Below are positions 24,770 to 37,079 of a stretch of 64,000 nt of DNA, piece after piece. Where the stretch lies: NCBI GenBank assembly GCA_013265495.1, contig MU058337.1, positions 2,758,686 through 2,822,685 of the forward strand. Reading direction: 5' to 3'. Position numbers and translations under genes: made by a program. The notes below the pieces were generated by a model, which saw nothing but the letters and a program-made list of their open reading frames with translations, was not told the DNA's origin and did no database searches. The stretch is from Vicugna vicugna (lineage: Eukaryota). The stretch's first letter is position 1; every line of letters begins with the position of its first letter.

Positions 24770-26450
24770 TTTCTTTAAATTGACTGTAGATTTTATTTGT
24801 TATGTTAATGTTAAAGTATTAGAGATTTACATAAGCACATTATTTCTGTTATACAGTTCAAGAAATAAGGCTTTGCCAGCACCCTTGAAGCCCGTGTGGG
24901 CATCTGCCCAATCACCTCCCTAAAGGTTTTATTCCAAGTTATCGAGTCATTACTGCCTGGTCTACACCACTAGTCTCGTTTTGTCATTTTTTGAACATTT
25001 AAAAAAAGTAATTATATTATACGTGTTCTTCCCTATCTGACTTCTTGACTAATATTAGGCTGGTGAGATTCATCCACGATACATTAACTATTTGATTGCT
25101 CTATTTTATTCCACTGAATGAATGAACCATCATTTATTTATCAGGTCTTCTGCTGATGGATACCTGGGGAGCTTCTTTTCCTTGGATACGATGAATGACA
25201 CTGCTCTGCTAATTCTTATACATCTGATGCCTCTGTCCATGCGCTTCTCTCAGGTCTATGCTGCTGAGTGGCGTTAGTGGGTAATGGCTGTACATTTCTC
25301 CAGTTTTTACAGATAAGCTTAGTGGGTCCTGTTTTCCAAAATGGTTACACAAATTTACAATTTTGCTCACAATGTATGGAAGATTTATGTTTTTCCAAAT
25401 CATTGCCTGTTCTTGATGCTATCATTCTTTTTATTTTTAAGACATTTTGTGGATGAGTAATGGTATCTCTCTATGGTTTTAATTCATATTTCCCTGACAA
25501 CTGATGCAGTAAACAAATGATCATTTCATATGTTTAGTAGCCACTTACAATTAATCTATTATTATATTCCTGGTGTTGTCTCTTCCCCATTTTTCTATTG
25601 GTTGTCAGATTTTTTCTTAGTGATTTGTAGGAGATTTTCTTGTTTGTTATTTGTTATTGTTTATAAACCCTTTGTTGGTTATTTGAATCACAAAGACTTT
25701 CTCCTATTCTGTATATGTATGAAAAAGATCTTCTATTTTGTGGGTTTTTTATTTTGTGAACAACAACTGTGATGTTTTTAGATGAACAGATGTTCTTAAT
25801 TTAAATGTAGTAAAATACATTATTAATTTTCTCTGTGGGTAGAGCTTTCTGAATACTTTTAAAGATAACTTTGTTTTACTTGACATTTTGTAGATACTTT
25901 CCTAAATGACTTACTAAAATTTTAATTGTTTTGTCTTTCACATTTATGTCTCCATAATTTATTTTTGGATATGGTGAGAGGTGAGACAAGTGTATTTTTT
26001 AAAAACATGTGCATACTGAGTGAGCCCAGACTCATATATTGAAAACACCTTCCTTTTTTCATTGATCTTTAATGCCAAACTTGTCCCAAATCAAATTTCT
26101 CTCTAAGGTATCTGCTTTGGGGCTCTTACCTATGTTTTATTATTTAATTTATTTATTGTTGGGTTGATACCACATTTTCCTAGTCATTTTCATTAAAGCT
26201 TTACAATAAGTCATGGCATCTGGTAGAGAAAGCCCTCTTTATTTGTTCTTTTTCAAGATTGTCTTAGAATCTGCACAAATTTTAGAAATTGTTTATTGAG
26301 TTCTACCCAAAGCAGATTTTCTTTTGGAATTTGTATTGAGATTTCATAGAATCCAAAGATGTATTCAGGGGAAATCTACAGCTTTATGATATTAGGTCTT
26401 CCAGCTAATAAACATGGTATACGCCTTCATTTATTTAGGGTATTTTTAAG
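24770..26450 (-). mobile_element. L1ME fragment (3' UTR and ORF2 3' part, antisense)
   Basis: gccagcacccttgaagccc; gtgagattcatccacg; taatggtatctctctatggttttaattcatatttccctgac; gatgaacagatgttcttaattt; ttatgatattaggtcttccagctaataaacatggtat. Confidence 0.85.
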
Positions 26451-28522
26451 AAAAACGTGTAGAAATTTCACCTCATAATAAGATGCTCATCAAGGAAGTT
26501 TAAAAATATATTTGGATTTTGTCTTTAGCAGCCATTAGGATCAGGGCTCCAAAGAGGAAGCTAAAGCAGCTCAGAGATAAGACCATCAAACTTGTGTTTC
26601 TGCTTCTGGAAGCAAGAGAGAAACCCCGTTCCTGAAGGGAATCTATCTCTCAGAGACCTGGAAATGGACCACAATTTCACAGAAGGCCCAAAACTAAGAT
26701 AAATTAATCTTGAGCTGCCTAAATTACTAACATGAGTTTTATTACATTGTCTCTAAATCAGTTTGGCTAAACTCACAGACAGAGGCTGAGTCATCCACGC
26801 GATGGGAATTAGAGGAGGACAAAAGAATCCATGGAGATAGTTTTACCACTGCTCTTAGTAAACCTGTGGCAGTTAGGAAAGAAAGTGGGGAGTTTAAGAA
26901 TGCTTACCGTGAAAGAAGTACACTCAGGTTACTTCCTGATGCATTATTTTTCCTGATGCGTTTTTGCAGGGCTCTTCCAGTAGGTCATGAAGGTTTAAGT
27001 TTTTCCTCTCTTAACCCAGCTGCTGCTCTCCACCTCTCCACTTGTTTTGCCATTTCTTAAATCTTGAACCATTCCCTCTTTCCCTGGATGACTGGACTAT
27101 CTCTAAAAGGCTGGATGGAAGTGCTCTCAGAAACCAGAGCTACATCCTTCGACGAGAAAAAGACTTACTGAGCCATCAGATCAACATAAAATTTCACTTG
27201 CCTGCTTCTCATTGTTTCTTAGGGCTTGTTTTCTCTTCCTGTTTTTCATGCTAAAAATGGTGTCTGTCACCTGTATATTTTACCAGTTCTTTCAAGATGG
27301 ATGAGTGTTTAATGATCATGAATTGGGATTTAGAATTCTATCAAAACATAGAAGTATTCTTATTTTTTAAAGAGCATGCTTTGTGGATGAGAACACAGTT
27401 CAAGCAATATTACTTTGATTATCCTTACTGAGTATAACAGGCAGTTCAAAGCAATTTGCAATTTTATAGCCTGAGGAAGTTATTTCTATGAAAAGACATC
27501 CATTTCTGTTCCTCATATTGCCTAAATGCCCTGTAGTTTGGAAGATGAATGTCAGGTTTCTCTCATAGTGCTACAAGATTTTGAGTGACTCACTTTGTCT
27601 CATCTTTTGGGCAAACCTCACATACCTTTTAATAAACAATTAGTATGTTGAGAAAAGTGCAATTTTATTACAATTTCTGTTTGACTTAACAAGGAATTGA
27701 GAAAGGGGGCTTAAAATTGAGTTAAATGTTTAAAGCTACTTACAGTCTAGTCATGCTAATGCTGTATGAAAATTACTTTGCAATTGCTTTGTATATTTTA
27801 TAAAATGAGTTGATGGCTGAAGTCATCTTTCCAAGGCTCTACTTATTTTCCAATACTAATTTCTCTTTCTTGGGAACTTAGAAAGGAAGTATGTATATGT
27901 AAGTATAAGCATCAAATCTCAAGTCTCTTATTTTTTTCTGCTAAGCTTTACCTATAGTATTTTTATATTTGACCTCGGGTCTTCAATATCACTGTGCTAA
28001 GTACAATCTTGCATGATATTTACTTTATGTTTTTAACTGCAATGTACAGTGGTATCTAAAGCAAAATAAAAGTATCATAACGCTCTGGATATTACACCTT
28101 AGTAATGTAAATAGTTATAAGTGTCAGAGACAGCCATTTTCCTTAAACTTTTGCTTTTAAGGTCAGTTAGTTATTTCCAGGATGATGAAATAAGAGAATA
28201 CTTTGCTAGCTCAATGCAAAGGTTGAAGTCTGTGAGGTTTTGCAAAACCATCCAACTCTACGTTGCATTCACTTTTCCCATCAATGCCAAGACGTTTCCT
28301 CTGCCAGCTTTAGAATTGCAGTGCTTTTCTGATTCCTAATTACATTAAATTATATAATTCAGTTATGTAATAATGAAACAATATCTGAGAAAATACAGTG
28401 AATCGTACCACAATAATCACTTTATTGTTACTCATTCACACCAACCTATTATGCTTCCAAGAATCTGTTTCCTTTTTAAGAAAAAAGAATATGTTCATCA
28501 TAAGAGAAAAACATAACTAATA

Positions 28523-28677
28523 ATTATGGGTATAAAGTTTCAATTATGCAAGATGAATAAATTCTGGACATCTGCTGTACAACTCTGTGTCTATTGGTTA
28601 ACGATACTGCATTGCACACTTAAACATTTGTTAGGAGGGTAAATCTCACGTTAAATATTCTCATCTCAATTAAAAAT
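28523..28677 (+). mobile_element. L1MA/MB 3' terminal fragment
   Basis: atgggtataaagtttcaattatgcaagatgaataaattctggacatctgctgtacaac...gagggtaaatctcacgttaaatattctc. Confidence 0.85.
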
Positions 28678-29584
28678 GTGTAACTAACATTAGCTATATA
28701 ATTAATATTAATTAATGACATCAAAGTGTATTGTTATATTAATACATGTCAACTCATTTGTACATGAGCTTATGCACAAATAATGTTATTAATAAATAGT
28801 TAATGACTTCCCCTTTTATTTGACTTGATATTCACCACACGCTGGTCTTACGAAAGTTAAGTGTGATGTGCAAATACACACCATTCCATTCTTTTATGAA
28901 CAGATGTACTCTTTACAAACACACACAATAACAAATCTGTGAGTCTAATTATCTTTTTTGTCCAAATGCATCAACAATTTCGGTGCATGTACATCAGCCA
29001 TCATTTTTGTTGTTTCTCCCAAAGCAGATCCTTTCACTCACAATTCTAATATTAGAGTGGATATCATTGATTTATCTTCAGGTATACAGGCATTTGGGGG
29101 AACACACTTTCTCTGCTCTATATAACACTTGTCAATTTGTCGCTTCATTTGTGATAATATATGCCGTGCCTATCACAGTGGCTGTAGTGTCTTTTGAAAA
29201 ATAAATAACATAGAAAGAATGCAAGTAAACAATATTTTATGCAGTAAAAGAAATGTTTTGAGGAAAATCTGATTTTTAATGTCCATGGTTGTGAGGCTTA
29301 CTGAATACATAGTGGGTTTCCCTGAGAAGAGCGCAGTCTAGTCTCCCATTGACCATACAGTGTTCAAGCCAGGAAGGCTATATATTTAACATTTTTTTAA
29401 AAAAGGAAGGAAGGAAAAACTTTCAGATATTACAATAGTAGAACTAGTCCACAAAGACTGAGAAGACAATATAGAGGGTATTTGAAGATGCATTTATAGT
29501 ATAAATAGGAATTGAATATGGTAGGGTTTTTTTTAAACTCTTGAGTAAATGAAAACCAAAACAGTGATACTGTTTCTTCTGTTC

Positions 29585-29756
29585 CCTATTTCCTTGCTAC
29601 TCAAAATGTGGTTCAAGGTCGGGCAGCCTTTGTAACACCTGGGGGCTTATTGGAAATACAGAAACTCGGGCTCCACCCCAGAACTACGGAAGCGAAATCT
29701 GCACTTCAATAAACTCCCCAGGTGACTCATATACACAGAAGTTTGAGAAACACTGC
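29585..29756. mobile_element. MER5A (hAT-Charlie) DNA transposon
   Basis: gctactcaaaatgtggttc...cacctgggggcttattggaaatacagaaactcgggctccaccccagaactac...ccccaggtgactcatatacacagaagtttgagaaacactg. Confidence 0.85.
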
Positions 29757-31189
29757 AAGCTGAGGAAATCCTGTTTCGTATGTGCTTGCACATAACTTGG
29801 TTACTTACATTCAATAAAACATTCTGGTTACCACAGATCAGTAGTGCCCATACATTTTCATAAATCTCTTACTGTTTAGTGAAAAAAATAAAGTGGTTGG
29901 AAATGTTTTATGAAGGTCAAAGATGTATTTCTTTGAAAAGCAACATGTGTTTAAATAAAACAAATAGCTTCTCAGTATTTGCTTTGTGTGCAAGGAAGAG
30001 TCAGCTGAAGGACTGAATAAAATCTATGAAGAGCCTTGCAGCCACAGGAAATTAGAATACCTTTCCTTTTTTCTTCACCTGAGTGCAGACCGGGTCAATA
30101 GCAACCCTTCTATTAACTGCTAATGAGACAGAGACATAGTCAGAGATTCTTTCTTTGAGAACAATTTCACTTTCATCTGTTTCCATGCAATTTCTACCAT
30201 TGTGTTGGAAACAGGCAATCTCTATGCAGATGTATTTTTCTGCAAACATATCCGATAGAGCCTTAGCAGCACGTTTCAAGAAAATACTGAGGGAAAAGTC
30301 CATCTCAATATTTTCTAGAAATGAGAATCTCTGATGAACTGCTGTGGTGCTCACACCTGCAAATTTTGCTCCCTTTAAAAAAAAAAATGCTTCTGGAATG
30401 CTTTTGGCTTACAAGAAGAAAAGTGAAAGGAAAAATCTCAGTTGTACGAGTTCATAATCTAGAAAGAAAGAAACTAGAAATCTAGTTCACACTGCTGAAT
30501 TCTGTCTTATATGAGTAGAGAATAAGCTTTTAGTGAAGAAAGAGCATTCATATTGTTATCATTTCTTATTGCCCTGTTGTATTCAGCATTTGCCTTGTTT
30601 GCACATATAATTGGCATGTATATATTATATATGTATCTGTACACAAATGTATATATATACATAACTGCATCTATAGATGGATAGATAGATAACAGGCAGA
30701 AAGGTCGTGCACACAGAATTAAATTGGAACTTTGCTCTATTTGTTGTGTTTATTCCTAGAAATTTTATTTGCTTCGCTCAATTCAAAACTTGTTCTTTAA
30801 CTTCTCCAAAAATGATTTAAAAGAACTTAGCTTTGCTTTCAATCAACAGCTGTGTTGCAGTACAGTAAAGATTAATTTTAAAACTTGCTATTTGGTTTTA
30901 GTTTCTCAGTTTACCTTTCTAAGTCTTACTTTTTTTTAATCATCAGTTTTGGGATAGAGTATATCTTCTTTCCATCTACAGGGGTATATTGAGAATATGA
31001 GCCATATAAAATAATTTAAAGTTTTTCTCTTTCCTCTTTCTTTCACTCCCTCTCTCCTTCCTTCTTTCCCATAGCTTTGGTCAGAGCCAACAGTGGGAGG
31101 AGCATGGAAGGATGAGGGATGGATCCCTGGCTGAGCAACCTCAAGGTCGTATAAGACGCTAGAAAGCTGCAGGCTGTTTCTGATGGGAG

Positions 31190-31365
31190 GGAAACAAAGA
31201 GGCTAATGCCACATGATAACTAAATGCAACATGTGACTCAGAATTGGTTCTCGGATGAATAAAGGACAACAGGCAAAATGGGAGTGAGATTTGTAAATTG
31301 GATGACAACATCTTATCCATGTTAATGTCCAGATTTTAATGATTGTACTCTGGTTACGTAGGAAC
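31190..31365 (+). mobile_element. L1MC/ME 3' UTR fragment (host, 5' part)
   Basis: catgataactaaatgcaacatgtgactcagaattgg...ccatgttaatgtccagattttaatgattgtactctggttacgtagga. Confidence 0.75.
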
Positions 31366-32290
31366 TTATTTGCTTAAAAATAGGTTACTTTTTAGGTGCA
31401 CAACAAAATTGAGTGGAAGGTGCAGACTTCCCATATGCCCCGTCTCCACATCTCCTTCATTATCAACATCCTGCACCAGAAGTAGTACAGTTGTTAAGAT
31501 CAATGAATCTATACTGACACATCATTTTCACCTGAAGTCCATAATCTACATTCGGGTTCACTCTTGGTGTTACGCATTCTGTGAGTTTGGACAAATATGT
31601 AATGATGTGTATCTACCAGAATAGGGTCATATAAAATTATTTTGCTGTCCTAAAGTCCTCTGTGATCTACCTGTTCATCCCTCCCTCTTCCCTGAACCCC
31701 AGCAACCACTGATCCTTTTACTGTTTTCCCATTGTTTTACCTTTTTCAGAATTGTGGAAGCATACAGTGTGCAGGCTTTTCAGATTGGCTTCTTTGGCTT
31801 AATTATGTGTAATTTTTTCCACCATAACTTTTCAGGACTTGATAGCTCATTTTTTTTTTAACGCTGAATAATTCTCCATTGTTTGGTTGTAGTAAAATTG
31901 ATCTATCCTTTCCCCTACAGAAGGGCATCTTGGTTGCTTCCAAGTTTAGACAACTAGGACTAAAGCTGTTACAGACATTAGTGTGCAGATTTTTGTGTAG
32001 ATGTAAATTTTCAACTAATTTGGGTAAATATCAAGGAATGTGAAAGCTGGATTATATGGTATGAGTATGTTTAGTTTTGTAAGAAATTGTCCAGCTGTCT
32101 TTTAGAGTGGCTGTACTGCTTTGCATTCTCACCAGCATTGAATGAATGTGTGGCCGTTGCCCCACATCCTCACCAGCATTTGGTGTTGTCAGTGTTTTGG
32201 ATTTTGGTCCTTGAGGTAGGTGTGTGGTGGTATCTACTGTTCTATTAATTTGCAACTCCCTGATGGTTTATGATGTTGGACACATTTTTT
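31366..32290 (-). mobile_element. L1MC1-like 3' fragment nested in the older L1
   Basis: tttaggtgcacaacaaaattgagtggaaggtgcagacttcccatatgccc; gttaagatcaatgaatctatactgacacatcat; catcttggttgcttccaagttt; ccacatcctcaccagcatttggtgttgtcagtg. Confidence 0.9.
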
Positions 32291-32500
32291 AGGACATATC
32301 CACTGAAGGATTTAGGGCAGATAAGGGGTCATATACAAACTGCATTCAAATGGCTCGGAAAAAAGTAAACAGGAATTGTAACAAAAAGGAAAAGGCAACT
32401 GTGAAAAATTTCCACAATTCATGAGTCTGGAACCTCTTTGTACTATTTTTTTCCGACTTTTCTCTAAGTTTGAAGTTATTTGAAAATCAAAAGTTTTAAA
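32291..32500 (+). mobile_element. L1MC/ME 3' terminus (host, resumed)
   Basis: aggacatatccactgaaggatttagggcagataaggggtcat...ctttgtactattttt...taagtttgaagttatttgaaaat. Confidence 0.75.
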
Positions 32501-33229
32501 GAGCTAAAGGTTTTGTATTAAAGAAATGTAACACAATGGATCATTTACATGTGGTCTTCATGAGAAAGAAAAGAAATATTGCTTCCAATTTTACCCAAGT
32601 TAATGGCAAAATAGGTGTTAGTGGAAAGGTCATAGGTGCAAAGAGACATGATGCGTAACACACTGACATGTTACGGCTCTGAACGTGGAAACAAAGTGTG
32701 CCCCTGTCGCTCAACATCCACACAGCTACAGTATAAGCTAAATATTACTCAGTTCAATTTCCATAGTGTGAATATAACTGAAAAGAGTTTAGAGTTGTAA
32801 GGACAAAGCTCTGATATAAAAAGTCAATACATTATCCATACTAAAGAGTGATCGGTTTCAAATAATTGCATCCCTAGGACCGTTTTACGTATATAAAGTG
32901 TTTAATTGGGGTTATATGACATGCATGTGTGTGCATATATGTGGCTATGCATATCTATCTCTGTATCTAAAACTACATTTATATATAGGTTCCAACAACA
33001 GCAACATGTTAATCCTATTTCGAGCGCAAACACAGTGCAGCCTTTGCAGGGAAGGCAGGAGCATGGACTCCTGCTTAACAAGGCAGGGACGTTCCAGTTT
33101 ATTTTTCTAACCCTCCTCACAGGCCCCTGGACTGCTTTAGCTGTTACGAATCTACCTCCACCCATATTGTAGGTCTGTTTGTGAAGTGCTCAATTCTATA
33201 CAAGGAAGGAATATGTCACGAAGAATTAT

Positions 33230-33522
33230 GGCTAGAAGAGAATGAAAGAAGACCAGTGTGGGGAGGAGAAGGCAGGGAGAGCCAGACCAGGCGGGTCCTT
33301 GACATTTGTGTTCAGGTTTTTCCCTATATCTAAGGAAGAGTGAAAAGCTATTAGCTTAATTTAGGCAGAGGGTAACAGGATTAAATTCGAGTTTAAAATG
33401 CCCCTGGTTAAGCTTGGAGAATGGGCAAAGTTGGGTGGCAGGTGGACTAGTTGACAGTTATTAACCTGTTGCAGATAACGGTACTTGGATGAAAAAGGAG
33501 AGAACTGGACAAATTCCAAAGA
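33230..33522 (-). mobile_element. L2 fragment
   Basis: ggagagccagaccaggcgggtccttga...taggcagagggtaacaggattaaattcgagtttaaaatgcccctgg; purine-rich antisense L2. Confidence 0.6.
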
Positions 33523-33524
33523 TA

Positions 33525-34178
33525 CAGTTTAGCCTCAGTATTCCAGATTCCCTATTTGCAAATTTGCCTAAGTGCTAACATTTATTTGCAAAGCCAAAGT
33601 CGAAGCTCACTGCACTTTCCCAGTCATTCAAGCGCAGGCACAGGACAGCGAGAAGCTCGAGCCTCTGGCCATGGACGAGCGCGCTCCCGGCTGGCGCTGG
33701 GCGAGAGGAAGCTGTGCCGCCCTGTTGCAGGGCTCGGACTGGAAACAGGTTTCCTCTTCAAAGTCTGTTCAATGCCATGCTTTTCGTATCCATGTGCCTT
33801 TCACTGGTGGTTTCACTGCGTAAAATAGCCCCCAAGTATAGTGCCGAAGTGCTGTCTCCTGCTCCCAGTCTCAGGAAGGCTGGAACGAGACTGATGGAGG
33901 AAACACAGACACACATTCCTCACGAGGGCATCAGCGACAGTACAGGTGGTTGTGAGTTCTACGCTAATGAACCAACAACAGGTGTTAAATACGGTGTCTA
34001 TAAACAAAGATACTCATAACACAGAGTTCTGTATTGGTTGGCTGATGGAAATACTGTGATCAGAGACTCACAGGAACCTAATCCTGTATTTCTCTCAGGC
34101 ACAGTGACTCCGTATCCCCTACTTCATTGTTTATGGTGATTTTCTAAAACATAGCTACTACAAAATATGAGAATCTAG
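33525..34178 (+). mobile_element. MER82 (TcMar-Tigger) DNA transposon, near full length
   Basis: TA|cagtttagcctcagtattccagattccctatttgcaaatttgcctaagtgctaacatttatttg ... aaaatagcccccaagtatagtgccgaagtgctgtct ... cacaggaacctaatcctgtatttc ... gagaatctag|TA. Confidence 0.85.
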
Positions 34179-34351
34179 TACATTTAAGGACTAAATACAA
34201 TTAGACTTCATAATGAACTGGCTTTCAATGATGCCAGGAGAAACTGAAGAATATTTTACTTTCTTGGATTTGACAATAGATGCATATTTGTGGCATTCAC
34301 TGCCTTGAAATGAAAATCTGCATAATTATCAGCTTAATTTCTCTGCTCTAA

Positions 34352-34471
34352 TTTTTTTGGGGGGGATTAGTTTTATTTATTTATTTTTCTTTAATGGAAG
34401 TACTGGGGATTGAACCCAGAACCTCATGCATGCTAAGCGTGTACTCTACCACTTGAGCTACAACATCCCCC
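34352..34471 (-). mobile_element. tRNA-derived SINE, camelid Vic-1-like, with 17-bp TSD
   Basis: Minus strand ggggatgttgtagctcaagtggtagagtacacgcttagcatgcatgaggttctgggttcaatccccagtac (A and B boxes) plus A-rich tail; TSD taatttctctgctctaa at 34335-34351 and 34472-34488. Confidence 0.92.
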
Positions 34472-35677
34472 TAATTTCTCTGCTCTAAATTTTAAGAGCA
34501 AATCTTTATCATGCCACAACAATTTTAGAAGACAATCACGTATTAATTGACTGATCCAAAGTCGTTCAGACTAGTCTGCAAATACCACACACCCAGAATA
34601 GAGTAGATATAATTTGTTTTACTTCTTTGCTAGTTTATTCTATAATGCTCTCTTCAGGTAGTGGAAAGGATTTTTGAACAACTGCTTATAAACAAGAAAA
34701 TACAATCTGCATATTGAATAGGCAGTAACTGGATAGAAAATGTTTGATTGTGTTGATGGTATTTCATAAAAAGTTTAAAGCCTATTAAAATTTAACTTAA
34801 AAACTGGGATCAATATGATAATGTGTGCAAATGTTTGGTACCTAAAGCATGAAAGACTACAACAAATAAAATAAATTCTGCCCATTATTATTCCCACACT
34901 TAGTATTTTTGCAATTCATTTAAACACATTACCATTTCACTTTTAATACCTAGAAAGAAGAAATAGTATAAAATGTGTTTGATTTTTCCATTTTCTCAAA
35001 AATATTGTAATGACACTTAATTCCTGAAAAATTATATTCATTTTATTAATTGCATTGTTAAAAAGACTTCTCCATTATAGTTGATTTTTATTAATTCCTT
35101 ATATATTTCTTAATTTCATACTACTTCAAATGATACTTACATATTACTTTTTCAATATAAAAAAGAAACTTCAAGAAATGTTTATCTACTTTGTTATGAT
35201 AGAGACATGTGCTTATAACTGAGTATAACTTTTGATTTAAAGATATGTTTTAGGAGAAGGGACTTTTAAGAGATTTTATACTATTTGTTCTCTATTTTTA
35301 TGATAATAAAGTTGACTTTCATTAATTATTGGTTTGTTATTATGGCCTTACATTGTCACACTATACTATACATAATGTAATTCTTTTTAATATTAATATA
35401 TATGTTTTCTTACTGAAAAACAATTCTGATAATTTATGAATTCAACTTATATTCACTGTTATATACAATGCTGCAAATATAATTTATGCATAACTAACTT
35501 TTAATAAATGTTGATTTGATAAATAGGCTTGAATCAGGCATTTCTGGAATCTCAACACTTTACTTTTTTCTCTACTGTCCTTTCACAGACTAACATACAA
35601 AAGGAAATTTGTGCAAAACTGTGTGATGTCAAAATGATAATAGAGACAATTCAAGGAACAATAATGTAAGTAGATAC

Positions 35678-36076
35678 CCCTTGCCTTAACTTGCAAATCC
35701 AGCAGGAAGGAAGAAGATCTCGCAGCTCTCAGAAACTGCCAACTGCCCATTGCTGGCCACCAATGTGAAACCCTCACGACCCTGAACTCTCATTCTCCTT
35801 CCATGAACTTTTTTAAAATTCCTAATTATTCTTTTATTTACTTATTTCTTTTTTTTAATTGAAGTATAGTCAATTTATAATATACAATCTTTGTTTTCAA
35901 AACAACCCTCCTCAATTTCCTCCCAGAACCTAATATGAGCTAATCTTTCCTTTGTCTCCTTGGACTTGCCTGTGTTTCACCATAGTTTGCTTGTCCCGAA
36001 TTGCAGTTCCTCTGCTATTCCTGAATAAACTCATATTTGCTTAACAATAACTGCATTCACTTTTTTAAAGTTGGCC
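35678..36076 (+). mobile_element. ERV1-type solo LTR carrying a tiny antisense L1 tail insertion (about 35829-35882)
   Basis: gcttgtcccgaattgcagttcctctgctattcctgaataaactcatatttgc is an LTR polyA-signal region; internal ttttttttaattgaagtatagtcaatttataa is an antisense L1 terminus. Confidence 0.65.
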
Positions 36077-36160
36077 GAGTCTAAGAAAGTCTTGATTATA
36101 TTTGATTCCCTCCCTATCCCTACCCTTTCAGGCTTGGATAATCTGCAAAAAAAGAATAAT

Positions 36161-36472
36161 TGTTTCTATATATGTGAGTCTGTTTCTGTTTAAAACAAAT
36201 TTACTTTTACCAAAAGAGAAAGGGGACAGAGGAGGGATGAACTAGGAGTTCAGGATGGTCAGATACAAACTACTACATATAAATTTGATAACCAGCAAGG
36301 TCCTAGTGTATAGCACAGATAACTATATTTAAAATCCTGTAATAAACCATAGTGGAAAATAATATGAAAAAGAATATATTAAAGAATCACTTTGCTGTAC
36401 ACCAGAAACTAACACGACATCAACTATACATCAAGATCAACTATACAGCAAGAAAAATTTTAAAGAAAAAAC
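36161..36472 (+). mobile_element. Artiodactyl-type L1 3' end with short 5' inversion
   Basis: cagatacaaactactacatataaa...caaggtcctagtgtatagcacag...gaatcactttgctgtacaccagaaactaacac; the first ~30 nt are the reverse complement of aaacagaaacagactcacatatatagaaaca. Confidence 0.9.
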
Positions 36473-36619
36473 AAGAATCAGTGTATGGAAGTCACTTCAA
36501 GACTGCTCTCTTTGGGTTGAAATCAGAAGAATCCTTCATAATAGGATTGCCTTTATTTGTAAGCAACATATAAAATCTACTATGACCTGTCATCACATAG
36601 CCTTTTCAGCGTCAGTAGA

Positions 36620-36945
36620 TGATTTAAATTTTATTTTACTTGTATTTGGAAGCCACTGGAAGGTTATAAGCAAAGGAGGACTGTATCTGACTTAAGCTAC
36701 CAGAATGTCTCTGGCTCCTGGATAAACAGTCAAATGCATTACGAAGGAGGAACAGGAAAGCTGGGAGGGTTCTGGAGTAGACAAGATGGGAGGTGATGAC
36801 AGCTTCCATCAAAGTTTTAATGAGAGAGATGGAGAGCAATGCTAGGAATATGGATGTACTTTGAAGGTAGACTAGCTAGAACTGCCATGAATTAGATGCA
36901 GGTTGTGAGACAAGGAGAGGAATACCGAATGGCTATATTATTTTT
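36620..36945 (-). mobile_element. L2 fragment
   Basis: ggaagccactggaaggttataagcaaaggaggactgtatctgactta...ggatgtactttgaaggtagac...gaattagatgcaggttgtgagac. Confidence 0.8.
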
Positions 36946-37079
36946 TATTCCAATTTTAAAATGCTTCTTTGGTGTACAAGAGGATATATGGGCAAGCAGT
37001 TTTATTTGGGAACAATAATTACAGTTTTAGAGACTTTGAGAGTGCTGATCTTTTCCCTATAATGGACCCTCTGAAATGG

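Noticed and set aside
33556..34019. Four overlapping ORFs suggesting a coding region or CpG-island promoter
   Set aside because: They fall inside MER82; raised GC lowers stop-codon frequency, and there is no intact transposase.
34395..34471. tRNA gene
   Set aside because: The tRNA-like A/B boxes are followed by a SINE body and tail and flanked by a TSD; it is a SINE.
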